DNA of 64,000 bases from Eimeria praecox. Lineage: Eukaryota. The stretch's first letter is position 1, and each line of letters starts with the position of its first letter. Of the stretch, positions 63,626 to 64,000 are shown one piece after another. Both the position numbers and the translations under genes were made by a program. The notes under the pieces were generated by a model that saw only the letters and a list, made by a program, of their open reading frames with translations, had not been told where the DNA came from and did not search any database. The DNA is taken from assembly GCA_963920595.1 (NCBI GenBank), contig OY986946.1, forward strand, positions 1,860,001 to 1,924,000, written 5' to 3'.

Positions 63626-64000
63626 ATGGCAATATCAACTACAGGCAGAGCCCTGCTTCTAGCAGTGGCAACAGCATTGGTGCTCCTCTCCACAAATGGG
63701 AGCGCACTACAGAGTAAGCCTTCCCTGGAATAGCGTTGAGCATGCTGCCTAAATTCCACAGCCCTTGTCTTTTGATTGGTTGCGCATAGATCAATTTTTC
63801 CTTCTGCATTACAATTCCCCTCAGGCATGTCACAAAACTGGTTCCGGCGAAAGCTACGTGCGGTAAGTTGTAGACGACTTGGATGTGCTCCTCAAATTGA
63901 GTTTTACTTCAGTCAGTGTATTACCCCAAACTAATTGGATATGTATTCCTGCGCGCAGGCTGGCAACAGGATGCAGTGGATGAAATCGCCTGCGGTAAGT
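63626..64000 (+). CDS. Second copy of the secreted-protein gene (first three exons; truncated by the window end)
   Basis: Sequence matches 59245-59619 at +4381. Confidence 0.7.

Larger units (their letters stand above)
58141..64000 (+). repeat. Tandem segmental duplication, period 4381 bp (58141-59619 matches 62522-64000, running off the window)
   Basis: Identical ORFs recur at a constant +4381 offset. Two substitutions were noticed (ccctgattg/ccctggttg and ctaaaagg/ctagaagg). Confidence 0.95.

Overview
Eukaryotic, intron-containing DNA. Interstitial AAACCCT heptamers, CAG/CTG runs, TGCATGCA octamers, an amylopectin enzyme and a chromodomain LTR retroelement point to a coccidian apicomplexan, most likely Eimeria (inference). 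The first ~4.5 kb is repeat-rich and carries RPLP1; the rest is repeat-poor. Supported genes are a single-exon LisH/coiled-coil (OFD1/FOP-like) protein, a GH77 4-alpha-glucanotransferase, a multi-exon coiled-coil protein, CFAP52/WDR16, LRRC6/DNAAF11 (with two predicted GC-AG introns), and an 8-exon secreted protein of unknown family in a near-identical 4381-bp tandem duplication. The standout is an apparently intact, very young Ty3/Gypsy chromovirus at 48000-55134. It has identical 394-bp LTRs, a 5-bp TSD, a tRNA-Pro-type PBS, a PPT, and open gag and pol (PR-RT-RH-IN-chromodomain). It also carries a non-canonical -1 frameshift signal, a highly structured LTR, and a 3' array of 82-bp repeats interrupted by A64. 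All alignments and exon models were made by eye.
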